Of a stretch of DNA of 64,000 nucleotides, positions 27,901 through 37,490 are shown one piece after another. The stretch is from Octopus bimaculoides (taxonomy: Eukaryota). The stretch covers positions 33,900,458 to 33,964,457 of the forward strand of contig NC_068995.1 in NCBI RefSeq assembly GCF_001194135.2. The letters run 5' to 3'. The notes beneath the pieces are model-generated. The model saw nothing but the letters and a program-made list of their open reading frames with translations, did not search any database and had not been told where the DNA came from. A program made the position numbers and the translations under genes. Within the stretch, counting starts at the first letter, position 1, and every line of letters starts with the position of its first letter.

Positions 27901-30900
27901 TAATTAATTTCTAATGTACAAGTTTATTTGTTTTAAAGTCTGTAAAACATAGCAATAGTGAAAAAATAATGATTTTATATATTGCCATAAAACTACAAAT
28001 TATAGCTGAGTGGTAGAGATGAGTGAACTGATGCCAGTATGCATATTGGATATGGTTATGCTGAATGAAAGCATGACCATAAGAACTAGTGGAATTATGG
28101 TTTATTGTTCTCTTGTCCAATGTAAGAACACAATCATTGCTGTGACAACAAGTAACATAAATAAATGATATTTTACCTCTTTAACAGGGCTGCTTATGAG
28201 CTGGCAAAGGAAATATCGTTCTGAAGCAGAAATTGGAGAGATTGCCCAATGAAGATCATTTTGTCCAACATCTTGGTTTTCAGGTGTTGCTTTCTGGAGA
28301 GAATATAAGAGCATAGTATGATCATTATCAAGTACTGGCTATATTCCATGCTGGCATGGGTTGGACCATTATCATTAAGTTAAATATGTATTTAGAAACA
28401 CAAATGCATAAACTAAATGAAAGCTAACAAAGAACTATTATTGCACTAGAAAAAAAATTGAAAAAAAAAAATTACTTTACCAGAAGATGGACAAATACTG
28501 GTGCAAAAGGATTATTAGCTGCTGGCTCATTTCTGTACATTTCATATAAAAGAAATATTGCAGCTAGTTTCTGTGTGGGGTTTGGAAGTAGGTCTCTGTT
28601 TTGTAGGAGCAACACCTGAAAATAAAATTTGTTCACATAATGAGAAGTTCTGATGCTCAACCCTAAAACAAATAAAAACAGAATGATAATTTTTAGAACC
28701 ATTTTAAATGAATATTTTTCTTATTAATAATTTTTTAATTCCAGAAAATTGCCTACAGATAATTCCATTCTCTAATATAATTGAAATATCTTTTCAAATC
28801 TGTGTATATATACAAGATGACAGGCAGTAAATAAGCAAGAAATATTTATCTTTTATCTTTTGCTTGTTTCAGTTATTTGACTGACTGTGGTGATGCTGAA
28901 GCATCATTTTGAAGGGTTTTTAATCAAACAAATCAACCCCAGGGCCTTTTTTCAAAAGCCTAGAACTTATTCTATTGGTCTCTTTTGCCGAACCGATAAG
29001 TTATGGAGACATAAACACACCAACACTGTTTGTCAAGCGGTGATGGGGGAACAAACACAGATATATATATATATACAAAGGGCTTCCTTCAGTTTCTGCC
29101 TACCAAATCCACTGACAAGGCTTTGGTCGGCCCAAGGCTGTAGTAGAAGTCACTTGCCCAAGGTGCCATGCAGTGGGACTGAACCTAGAACCATATGGTT
29201 GAGAAGCAAGTTTCTTACCACACAGCCACCAGTATATTGTATCTAGTTAATTTACAAATTAGATGTTGTGCACCAGATATTGGATCTCCAAGCAATATCT
29301 GTACAAACAGATATTGCTAGATCTTAAATCTACTGGAGTAGAAAGAACAATATTTTTTTAAAGTTCTGGCTAATGAACAATGAGCTCAGATCTCACTTAT
29401 AAGAATAACACTTAGCTATGTTTGCTTAAGTATTCAAATATAATTAAGATATCATTTCTCCTATTATCATTAGGTGTGTTATTTATCAAAATGAATTTTA
29501 ATTTCATAGAAAGAAATGAGTTACTTCTTTGTTAAGTAGAAGATACAAGTAAATTTCCCACTATGCAACTCTGTAGATCACATACTGGTTATGTTTCCTA
29601 TCTTATGTGAAGCAGTTAAAGTTGGAAAATTTTAGAAGTGGACTGGGAACTCATGTTGTAGCCTTGTGTCATCTGATACAACATATAACTACAAACAACT
29701 GAAAATTTCTACTGGATTATAAAACTAGAACACTGGCTGTGACAGTTTTCTCTTAGACTATATTCTATATTTAATCATTCAGTGTTTGTTGTTGTAGATG
29801 TTGTGTTCCTCAGGTCAGCTCAGTCTAAACATTTTTAAGATAAAAGCATTCTACCTGTGACTATCTCATCATCTTTGAAAATAACAGAGGGGAAATTTAG
29901 CTGTTGGCTGCTATTTCTAGCAGGGTGTTGAGTGCAGTATCACAGCTCGGCTGCTCCATTCACTTTGAGATTTAGGTGGCTGCACAGAAATAGATACGGT
30001 AGACAAAGTTATATGTGTAAATCTGTGTGTAGGTTTTCTTTTAAATCATTTTGTCTGTGTGATGTGTGTGTTAGTGCCCTGAAATTGTGTACATGCAGGT
30101 ATGGCTGTGTGGTAAGAAGTTTGCTTCCCAACCATTTGGTTATGGGTTCAGTATCAATGCATAGCATCTTGGACAAGTGTGCTCTATAGCCTCAGGCCAA
30201 CCAAAGCCTTGTGAGTGAATTTGGTAGATAGAAACTGAAAGATAACCATTGTGTATGTGTGTATACACACATAGGAGTGGCTGTGTGGCAAGTAGCTTGC
30301 TTACCAACGACATGGTTCCGGGTTCAATCCCACTGCGTGGCACCTTGGGCAAGTGTCTTCTACTATAGCCTCGGGCCAACCAAAGCCTTGTGAGTGGATT
30401 TGGTAGACGGAAACTGAAAGAAGCCCGTCGTATATATGTATTATATATATATATGTATGTGTGTCTGTGTTTGTCCCCCAACATCGCTTGGCAACTGATG
30501 CTGGTGTGTTTACGTCCCTGTAACTTAGCGGTTCAGCAAAAGAGACCGATAAAATAAGTACTAGGCTTACAAAGAATAAGTCCTGGGGTCGATTTGCTCG
30601 ACTAAAGACGGTGCTCCAAGCATGGCCACAGTCAAATGACTGAAACAAGTAAAAGAGTAAAAGAGAGTAAAGAGTATATATATATATATATATATAGGTA
30701 TGTGTCTTTGTGTCTGTATTTGTCCACTACCACTTGATAACCAGTGTTGGTATCTTTACATCTCTGTAAATTAGTGGTTCGGCAAAGAGAGCAATAGAAT
30801 AAGTACCAGGCTTAAAAAAGTACTGGGGTCGATTCATTCGATTAACAATTCTTCAAGGTGGTGCCCAGCATGGCCACAGTCTAATGACTGAAACAAGTAA

Positions 30901-33900
30901 AAGATAAAAGATTACTGTAGTACTGAGATTAAATCAATAGAGGGAACAACTGGAAAAATCTACTGATTTTGAATGGCGTTGGTAATGTGAGCAAGGTCTA
31001 GCTATTTACAAATGGCGACCCATATAATTACAGTAATTGTATGAGTTTGAAAAGATTAAATGTAGGAATCCTGTCCCTCCAGATCATCTCTGAACTTTAA
31101 TTTCATTGAGAAGATTGTACATTTGTTTTAGACTGTTTGCAATTTATTGTAACCTGCAACAGAACAATTCTGAGGTAAGAGTAGCAGAGTACATGATAGT
31201 AATGATGTAGTGTTTTGCAAGTGAGTGTTTATGGAGCATCTCTTTTAGCTTTAGTTACACGAGAAGACCCACCCACCACAACTGAATTGAGATCCTAAAA
31301 CCAAGGTGTTATGTAAAGAGCATTGGTGTAGGTGCTGGTGTCACATTAAAAGCACAGGTATTGGTGCCATGTAAAAAGCACTGGTGATGGTGCCACATAA
31401 AAAGCACCCAGTACACTCTATAAAGTGGTTGGTGTTAGAAAGGGCATCCAGCTGTAGAAACCGAGCCATAATAAATTATGGAACCTGGTGTGACCCCTGA
31501 CCATGCCAGTTCCTGTCTAGCTGTCCAACTCATGACAGCATGGAAAAATCGACATTTATGAACTGAATTAACTTCTACCATTTGTGCTTATTTGTAATTC
31601 CAGAAATTTTTTTTGCAATATTTACTTACCAAGGCCATTCCAACTTTGAAGTGATCAGCTTTTTGAAAATAATGATGAAATGTTGAAGCTAAATTATCAA
31701 ATGTCTGTGACTTGGTAGAGTCTTCTGATAAAACACTAAAATGAAAATAGATGAAGGAATAAAAATTTTTTTAATATATATTTAAAATACAGTTTACTTG
31801 GAATCTAATAGCAATTTGCTGCAAATGTTTGTTTAATTCTTTCAAAACCAACCAGCTTGAGATTACTTCTGTTCCTTGATATAATATCTCTCATTTTAAA
31901 GTGTTTGTAATTTATTCAGAAGCTGCTGTTACAATTTTCTGTAATAACTTTTTATGTAGATATATTCCATATACCAGCTTAATAATGGGAAAGTTAGTAG
32001 TTTAAATTAAAGCTCTCCAAATAATTATTTTCAAAGTTAATTAAACCAGAAAAAACTGTAGTTTATACGATCACAAAAAGGCTAAAAGACAAAATATAAA
32101 TTGGAGCAAAGTGAATCATAAGATTTCCCCACAAATAGTCATTGTTTCAAAGTAAAATAGTCAGAAGTCTGTAAGCATTAAAACAAATATTTATAAACAG
32201 CTAGCACTGCATTTATATGTACATGCTGGCATAATCAGCAATGTGTACAATAAATTTAGGCTATTAGTCATTCTGATGGTAACAAAGGGATTCTCACTTT
32301 GTATAAAGAGATTACATGATACACCCACAAAAGTGTGATATTCTATATACTGTGTATAATTTTGATACTATTTACCACAAATATGGTTTGGTATATTTCA
32401 GCAAATGTGATCAATAGGTGGTTTAAAGACTTATCTTTATTCTGATCCACCACAAAAACTTGTGGACATATAACATAGATTAATGTCACATTGAAGTTTT
32501 TATTTCTTCATCTTCATCCAAATATTTTCAGAAGCAGAATTGGTAGAGTGCCAGACAAAATGCTTTTTAATATTTAAACACTACCCTTAATATTCTGAGT
32601 TCAAATTTTGCCAAATCTTCTTTGTGCTTCATCTTTCTAGTGTCAGTAAAGTACTGCTCTACCTAAAAATGTGACCTTGTGCCGATGCTGCAAATCATAA
32701 ACTGAGTTGTGTGCGCATACTAGCTTTAAAATGTTTAAAAATTGCTCCTTATTAAAAAAATGCTGCATTCATGGAATTATTACTGCTAATTTTTGGAAGA
32801 GAGGGAACATAATAGACTGTCATTTACTTAAGCCTGGTAGGCTCATCATAGAAGTTTCTGCTACATTTTGCTTTGCTTATTTCTTTAATGTAAATTTAAC
32901 TCAATTAACTTAGAGTTAACCTCATATGTTTATATAAAGATGCATTTGTGAATAACAGTTTCATAGAAAAATCCAATAAATTAATCACTAGTTTACTATA
33001 ATTGAATTGGAGCAAGCAACAGGTGTTTAACTCTTTTGCATGTAAACCAGCCATATCTGGCCAATATTCTGTTTTATAATCAAACCAGACAAATCCAACC
33101 TCTCACACCTACTCTACAATGTCATTCTAAAAATAAACAAGCACATCACTAAAATCTCAAAACTACAAAATAATGTATAAGTCAAACCAATTTGAATAAA
33201 CAAGCATTATGTTTGACAGAGTAATCTGAATACTAAAGGGTTACACATTTGTTTCTAGAAAGCTTGGCTAACTCTGTCTGAGATCTTTCTCAGTGAAGCA
33301 TTCAAAGATTGTGGAGCTTCTGTTTGATTGCAGCAAGTTTTTATACAGAGTGCAGGTCTTGACTCCAGGCAAAGAGTGGACATATGCAAGCAGGAGGCTG
33401 CTGAACCTTGTACAAAATAGTTCCCTACAGAAGTGGCAACACAGTTAGGATATCTAATTTTGAAAAGCATTGTTGTTGCATACTTTCTCTGCTGATGGAT
33501 AATATTTAACAGATTGAGCTTCCTGAACTATTATAATCCCAACACCTTTTTTCTTCAAGTTAACCCTCCGCTGGTGTGGTTCTGTATTTTTCATGGTTAG
33601 TGCAGTGGGGTATGAAAAACCCCACCCATTGTTTTAGCTGTTTTTAGTACTTTTTATTACTTTATATGTGTTCTTAAGCAATAATATTACCAAAAAACAT
33701 ATTGATATAATGTATTTATTTAACATGTAAACAAAAATAAACAAGTACTCTTTGAAAATGAAGGTCAAACAAAATAAAACTACTTTTTGGTGGGGAGAGT
33801 GCTCCTTTCATATTTACTGTTTATTCATTGTTTGCACTATCATCCTCATTATTCTGAGTAAAGCAGTCAATGTAAATGTGCATAACATGTTCCAAGCAGA

Positions 33901-36900
33901 TGGGCCTATAACACTTCTGACAACAATTTCTTGTCTTATGATCTTTTGACCTGGGGCACAACGAGCATCTTTGTATGGAATCTTCAGGATGACGTTTTGG
34001 AGGTAATTCCTTAGATGCTGAGAAATGTTGAATCTTCCTTTCCAAGTCTTTCCTCAAATACGAGTTTGTCTTGCGATGATGGATATGGTCCTCCACCAAC
34101 TTGAGTCCCAATTCTCTCAGAAACTTCCAGCGCCTGATAGCTGTTTGAGAGTTTGTCATGAATATATTGTATGCATTTATTCCTGCAACATTGAGTATGG
34201 TGTAGAAAACTGTAACTGGCTAACATCAAGTATATCTGGAAACATTGTAGATGGAACACAACTGATCCACAGTGTCTACCCCTCCTTTAGTACTGTTGTA
34301 GAAGGTAATAATCTCTGGTTTTCTCTTTCTTTTGTACTTTCATCAATTGCAGCATCATGATGCATTGTGCTCAGTAGGACAACATTTTTACCTTTCTGGG
34401 GAACACATGAGATTAGTGTAACATCCTTCTGGAAACCAAACAAGCTTGTGTATTCAATTCTGCCTCTTGTGGCAACAAACTGAGGAGGGAGTTCTATCTT
34501 GTTCTTTCTCAGAGTGCCAACTAATGTTAATCTATAATTCTTCAAGAGATCAACTCAAGTCTGTAACTTGTAAACCAATTATCCATTGTAATATTTCTTC
34601 CAGACCCATTTATGAGACACCATATGTTTTACCACTGCTGCTCCTGAATTATCTACTATAGCTGAGCTTTCTGCTTGTCTCCCCAAGTAGACCTCCATAC
34701 GTGACAGATAAAAAGTTTTAGCATCTGCCAAAATAAATATTTTTATGCCATATTTTACTGGTTTACATGGCATGTAGATCCTGAATAGACAGTGCCCTCT
34801 AAAGGCAGCCAACATTTCATCCTCTGAGACATTATAATTGGAGATACAATTATCAACAAATTTCTCAAAGAACTTTCTAAAAGGTGCAAACTTATCTTCT
34901 AGCCTCTTTTCAGCCTCATAGACCCCCAGCAAGAAATGAAATCGCCGCAAAGACACAGTTGCCAGAAAAATTTCAATTCCTGTACCATCAGTTGCCCAAA
35001 CAACTTCCATATTTATTCAGTTAGCTCTAAAAACTCCTAACAAATAAAGCAGTCTTATTGTAGCTTTCATCTCCCTTTCATTAATATGTCTGTCTTTTGA
35101 CTTATCTTTATATTTTCTTTGTTTACTGTCAATGTAGATATTAGTGCAAGCTACTAATTCATTCAGAAATTCTTGCGTGAGAAACGAAAACCAGCAGTCC
35201 TTTGCGGCATACACAGGTTTTGCTGCTTCTCTTGGTCCTGGTGAATCCCAGTATATGTTGTGTGCACGTGTATGCCAGGGAAGACATGGGGAAACTTCTT
35301 TCCAGAGAATTTTATATTTTTGTCATTAAACTGTTTTTCTGTGTTCCTGGTAGCCTTCTGTTCATCATTAGCTTCATTTGTTTCTTCTAAAAGATCATCT
35401 GGTGAAGTCTGCAACATGCCACCTGCTTCAGTTGCTCCCTCTTCTCTGTCATTTCTTCTTCAGCTATGCTCGATCTCTTTTTCCTCTTCAGACTTCTCTT
35501 CATCTGGTTCTCCATCAAGAAATTATCCTAATTCTTCTATGTCTAATTCTCTCTCAATTTTTCCATTTGTATTTCATAGTCCATTGTGAATTTGAAAGGA
35601 AAGAAGATTTCGCACTTTTATGGCATTCAAAACCATCTAATAACAAAAAAAGAATGTTGGTTAGTTGACAATAATATATAATTTTATGCGAGAAATAATC
35701 AGCCTTTCAGATATAAAAATAAATAAAATAAACAATAATAAAGAAAAGGAAACAAAAATGTATCTGTCAACAAATAGTACAGTGGATGGTATGGTGGGGT
35801 ATGCTCAACCCCAGACACAATACGTGTGTACACTTCTCATCATTTAGTAAGTAGTGCATTAACTCAGTGGAGTGTGCCAAGAAATTACATGGATGGATAG
35901 CATTATCACTGCTGCCAGATGTAAGATACACATATGCAAACATCACCTGGGGTATGAGATACCCCACTGCACCACCGGAGGGTTAAAGATAATAAACAGG
36001 TTTATCTTATAGTTAGTACTTGTTTTACGGCAGCTTTACACATCACTCCAGATTGCAGATAGAGTGAGATGTCTTTGGTCACACAAGGTCACTATTAATA
36101 TCTTTAAAATGTATATTATACATTTGAATGCTTGCACGAGTATGCATGTCTAAGCGCATTTACGGAGCAGTAGTACAACAGCTAGTACAGCCTTTTCTCC
36201 GATGGACACAGTGATAACTAGATCTGTACATGGAATTATTGAAAGCCTGGCTTGAGTAAGTTGGGTAGAGAGGGAACCAGAAGTGAGGAAGGCCTCATCT
36301 GCCATTCTGTGTTAGAAGTTATAGTGAGAACAGAATTAAAGGACAAAAGCAGAAGTGTGTGAGACATAGCAGGAGTTGACACACACTGCGATAGAAGGAG
36401 TCGGGCAGAAGCTCATCAGCTAGCGGCTTTATTAAAAATAAAGGACAATTGTACAAGAGACGAATCAACAAGGAAGGCGCTACATGGTCGTTGGCTTACT
36501 AGAAATAACACCCAAATATTCTTTAAATTACACCCTACCATCTTGCAAAAGAAGATATTGAATATATCATTAGAAACATGATACTTGTAAATAAAAAAAC
36601 GAGCTGGTTCTGCTTGGAACGCTTTCGATTATAAGATATTGAATCAGGGAGCTAAACAATATGCAACTTTGAAAGGAAATTGTATATCTTGATAAGAAAC
36701 CAATATAAATCATTATAAACTATTCTGTTACATGATATAAGAAATAAAGTATAAAAAAACTAAATTTCTGCTGTCGAAATAGAACACTTTCATATTGATT
36801 AAACACGTGCCTGTAGAGACAAATGTTAAAAATATTGAAATATTCACTTCTACAGAATACATCAAATCATCCGTGCTGAATTTTAAATAAATTAAAGGAT

Positions 36901-36994
36901 AAAAATAATATTTTATTTACAACAATTATTTTTCAAAAAATGTGTATCAAAAATACCTTAACAACGAAGCTAAATCATTCAAGGATAGCGCCAT
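4788..36994 (-). CDS. CNOT11: CCR4-NOT transcription complex subunit 11, complete 12-exon gene: join(36994-36957,31735-31630,28615-28481,28293-28177,26559-26506,23774-23659,22550-22397,20714-20508,18045-17966,16587-16518,11725-11570,4919-4788)
   Basis: Hand-spliced exons total 1365 nt = 454 aa + stop; every junction is GT-AG and phases match. The translation carries recognisable CNOT11/C2orf29 motifs: [107 protein letters not shown]. Confidence 0.96.
7023..7113. mobile_element. 91-bp hairpin MITE with telomere-type loop, 8-bp TSD acattggt
   Basis: 25-bp imperfect TIRs ggtggaggtaaagaatacgtacacc / ggtgtacatattctttactttcgcc; loop contains ccctaaccctaa. Confidence 0.8.
9205..9445 (-). mobile_element. 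Young RTE LINE 3' end running into an N gap
   Basis: Nearly identical to 12963-13200. Confidence 0.9.
9911..10230. repeat. Two diverged copies of a ~110-bp core spaced 208 bp apart
   Basis: aaac(c/t)gattcctta...ttttcA(a/g)cc..aattttaccaattt at 9911 and 10119. Confidence 0.7.
10330..10655 (+). mobile_element. RTE 3' UTR fragment
   Basis: gtgccagtgccacgtaagaagcac repeats, aagggcatccagc, cagcatggaaaacggacattaaa plus gatgat tail. Confidence 0.8.
10876..11267 (-). mobile_element. Full-length tRNA-derived SINE (family A), young
   Basis: Head aggcgtaggagtggctgtgtg (A box) and caggttcagtccc (B box), central (TA)n, tail ggcggtgctccagtatggccacagtc...agtaaaagag. Confidence 0.9.
11570..11725 (-). CDS. 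CNOT11: CNOT11 exon 11 ([52 protein letters not shown])
   Basis: tatttcag acceptor, gtaatt donor, 156 nt. Confidence 0.97.
12142..12229. repeat. 4 x 22-bp minisatellite (ttcca(c/a)a..gatcag.tattat)
   Basis: Units start at 12142, 12164, 12186 and 12208. Confidence 0.8.
12963..13393 (-). mobile_element. Young RTE LINE 3' end inserted in a (TA)n tract
   Basis: (CAT)n tail then aacgtccgctttccatgctagcatggg; CpGs intact; flanked by TA repeats. Confidence 0.92.
14680..15640 (+). mobile_element. Old, heavily mutated RTE LINE ORF2 C-terminal fragment
   Basis: Nucleotide similarity to the other RTE copies (gttctatatgatgacctc, cccagtgcaagctatggacaca, gtatgtggcaaatg, gtgtgatgcttgtgta). Confidence 0.75.
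16518..16587 (-). CDS. CNOT11: CNOT11 exon 10 ([23 protein letters not shown])
   Basis: attttag acceptor, gtaagt donor, 70 nt. Confidence 0.96.
17480..17760 (+). mobile_element. RTE 3' UTR fragment
   Basis: ggtgccatgtaaaaagcac repeats, ggaagagcatccagctgtag, atgatg tail; similar copy at 31270-31555. Confidence 0.78.
17966..18045 (-). CDS. CNOT11: CNOT11 exon 9 ([26 protein letters not shown])
   Basis: tgtttcag acceptor, gtaagt donor, 80 nt. Confidence 0.96.
18098..18296. mobile_element. piggyBac-type MITE copy, one end missing
   Basis: Reverse orientation relative to the 33031 and 63334 copies; ends tttaaatgctaagagg. Confidence 0.7.
18600..20424 (-). mobile_element. Tc1-family (DD34E-type) transposon, degenerate, interrupted by an RTE-derived insertion
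   Basis: TA TSDs; TIRs CAGGGG(C/T)TGGACAAAATAATGGAAACACCT at both ends. Transposase remnants: [60 protein letters not shown]. Confidence 0.93.
19216..19778 (+). mobile_element. Internally deleted RTE LINE derivative nested in the Tc1
   Basis: RT piece ([14 protein letters not shown]) is fused to the Cys-rich piece (THKRC...FVCGKC) and then to the RTE 3' UTR ending ttaaacgacgacgacg; atgtc occurs at both flanks. Confidence 0.85.
20508..20714 (-). CDS. CNOT11: CNOT11 exon 8 ([10 protein letters not shown]...[21 protein letters not shown])
   Basis: ttttaag acceptor, gtatgt donor, 207 nt. Confidence 0.96.
22397..22550 (-). CDS. CNOT11: CNOT11 exon 7 ([51 protein letters not shown])
   Basis: acattag acceptor, gtgagg donor, 154 nt. 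Confidence 0.95.
22859..23290 (+). mobile_element. Tc1/mariner superfamily fragment (maT/DD37D-like)
   Basis: Begins TA|CAGGGTGTTTGGGCTAAATTTGACAA; contains [43 protein letters not shown]. Only one end is recognisable. Confidence 0.7.
23659..23774 (-). CDS. CNOT11: CNOT11 exon 6 ([38 protein letters not shown])
   Basis: ctttatag acceptor, gtaagt donor, 116 nt; LAE(K/R)QSELP motif. Confidence 0.93.
24190..24660 (+). repeat. Two copies of a further dispersed repeat (family C: gccaaatctccctcaaatc...gatggtcac.gctggaat.cctt..atcataggtct)
   Basis: Fragments of the same sequence recur near 21800-22000, 29780-29920, 36480-36660, 38340-38450, 42120-42250 and 49520-49660. Confidence 0.7.
24935..25290 (+). 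mobile_element. RTE LINE 3' end
   Basis: GRPRKTW-encoding segment, 3' UTR and gatgatgat tail. Confidence 0.82.
26060..26395 (-). mobile_element. tRNA-derived SINE (family D) with a conserved cttgagcaagacactt core
   Basis: Minus-strand head cgcatggttcagtggttagagcatc (A box), aaattcgatttc (B box-like); the cttgagcaag.cact motif is shared by many metazoan SINE superfamilies. Confidence 0.75.
26506..26559 (-). CDS. CNOT11: CNOT11 exon 5 ([18 protein letters not shown])
   Basis: tcttacag acceptor, gttagt donor, 54 nt; matches vertebrate LFKKTPRQIALMD. Confidence 0.9.
26675..27110 (-). mobile_element. RTE LINE 3' end
   Basis: Reverse of the GRGRPRKTW segment (catgtcttcctgggtctacctcttcc) plus 3' UTR; further tail-only copies at 27515-27665, 50470-50990 and 55965-56130. 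Confidence 0.82.
28177..28293 (-). CDS. CNOT11: CNOT11 exon 4 ([39 protein letters not shown])
   Basis: ctctccag acceptor, gtaaaa donor, 117 nt. Confidence 0.92.
28481..28615 (-). CDS. CNOT11: CNOT11 exon 3 ([45 protein letters not shown])
   Basis: ttttcag acceptor, gtaaag donor, 135 nt; lies within ORF 28472..28702. Confidence 0.95.
28851..29230 (-). mobile_element. Full-length SINE family A, older
   Basis: Same head and tail motifs with CpG decay. Confidence 0.87.
30271..30675 (+). mobile_element. Full-length SINE family A, young; flanked by partial copies at 30095-30270 and 30700-30912
   Basis: Near-identical, in reverse complement, to 10876-11267. Confidence 0.9.
31270..31555 (+). mobile_element. 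RTE 3' UTR fragment adjacent to CNOT11 exon 2
   Basis: aaaagcacccagtacactc, aagggcatccagctgtagaaac, gcatggaaaaatcgacatt. Confidence 0.78.
31630..31735 (-). CDS. CNOT11: CNOT11 exon 2 ([36 protein letters not shown])
   Basis: cattttag acceptor, gtaagt donor, 106 nt. Confidence 0.93.
33031..33240. mobile_element. piggyBac-type MITE copy
   Basis: ttaa|ctcttttgcatgtaaacc...ctgaatactaaaggg|ttac. Confidence 0.78.
33564..35982 (-). mobile_element. Full-length (2419 bp) degenerate piggyBac DNA transposon in CNOT11 intron 1
   Basis: TTAA TSDs at 33560-63 and 35983-86; TIRs CCCTCCG(C/G)TGGTG. Transposase is on the minus strand (~35584-33821) and broken by stops and frameshifts. It shows an acidic N-terminus, [43 protein letters not shown] and a C-terminal cysteine-rich domain (CSLCPRSKD...CQKC.RPICLEH). 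Confidence 0.95.
33821..35584 (-). pseudogene. piggyBac (PGBD4-like) transposase pseudogene
   Basis: Fragments fall in ORFs 35163..35417, 35017..35214, 34579..35010, 34276..34545, 34011..34259 and 33821..34159 in different frames; a few residues appear deleted just before the DEML motif. Confidence 0.9.
36957..36994 (-). CDS. CNOT11: CNOT11 coding exon 1 ([12 protein letters not shown]+AG, phase 2)
   Basis: gacaacATGGCG...TTAAG|gtattt; similar to vertebrate MSLTPKELSSLLS; its phase fits exon 2. Confidence 0.88.
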
Positions 36995-37224
36995 GTTGTC
37001 ATTTAGAATTTCAATACCGCACAAAATCAGAGAAATTGTTTATAGAAACTCAGAATTCGAAATAAAAATTTGAAAAGCACAGCAAAAAAAAAAATATATT
37101 ATTTTATATGTGAATAATATAAATTATATGGAATATAACTGAAACAATTTTATTTCAAATCAACTTATGAGAAATATTCATTTCTACTTTAATTCTACAG
37201 TTACTGTCTATTAGCTGATTAAAG

Positions 37225-37490
37225 AGTTCAAATCTGAGTTCAAATTCCGCCGAGGCTCGACTTTACCTTTCATCCTTTCGAGGTCAATAAAATAAGTTGC
37301 AGTTGAGGGGAAGGTAAAGAATATGCACACTACCCATTTTCGGTGTTTAGGGTTAGGATCAGGGTTACGCCGAAAACGGGAAGCGTGCGTATTCTTTACC
37401 TCTGCCCCAGTTGAATACTGAGGTCGATGTAATCGACATATCTCTCTCCTAAAATTGCTGGCCTTGTGCCAAAATTTGAAACCAATATTT
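37225..37490 (+). mobile_element. tRNA-derived SINE family B, interrupted by a hairpin MITE
   Basis: ctgagttcaaattccgccgagg...tttcatcctttcgaggtcaataaaataag...ggccttgtgccaaaatttgaaaccaatatt. Other copies lie near 16020, 21540, 25845, 32520, 54000 and 56580. Confidence 0.85.
37307..37406. mobile_element. 100-bp hairpin MITE of the same family, opposite orientation, 8-bp TSD (g/c)cagttga
   Basis: 40-bp arms; loop ttagggttaggatcagggtt; inserted in a SINE whose uninterrupted consensus reads accagttga. Confidence 0.85.
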
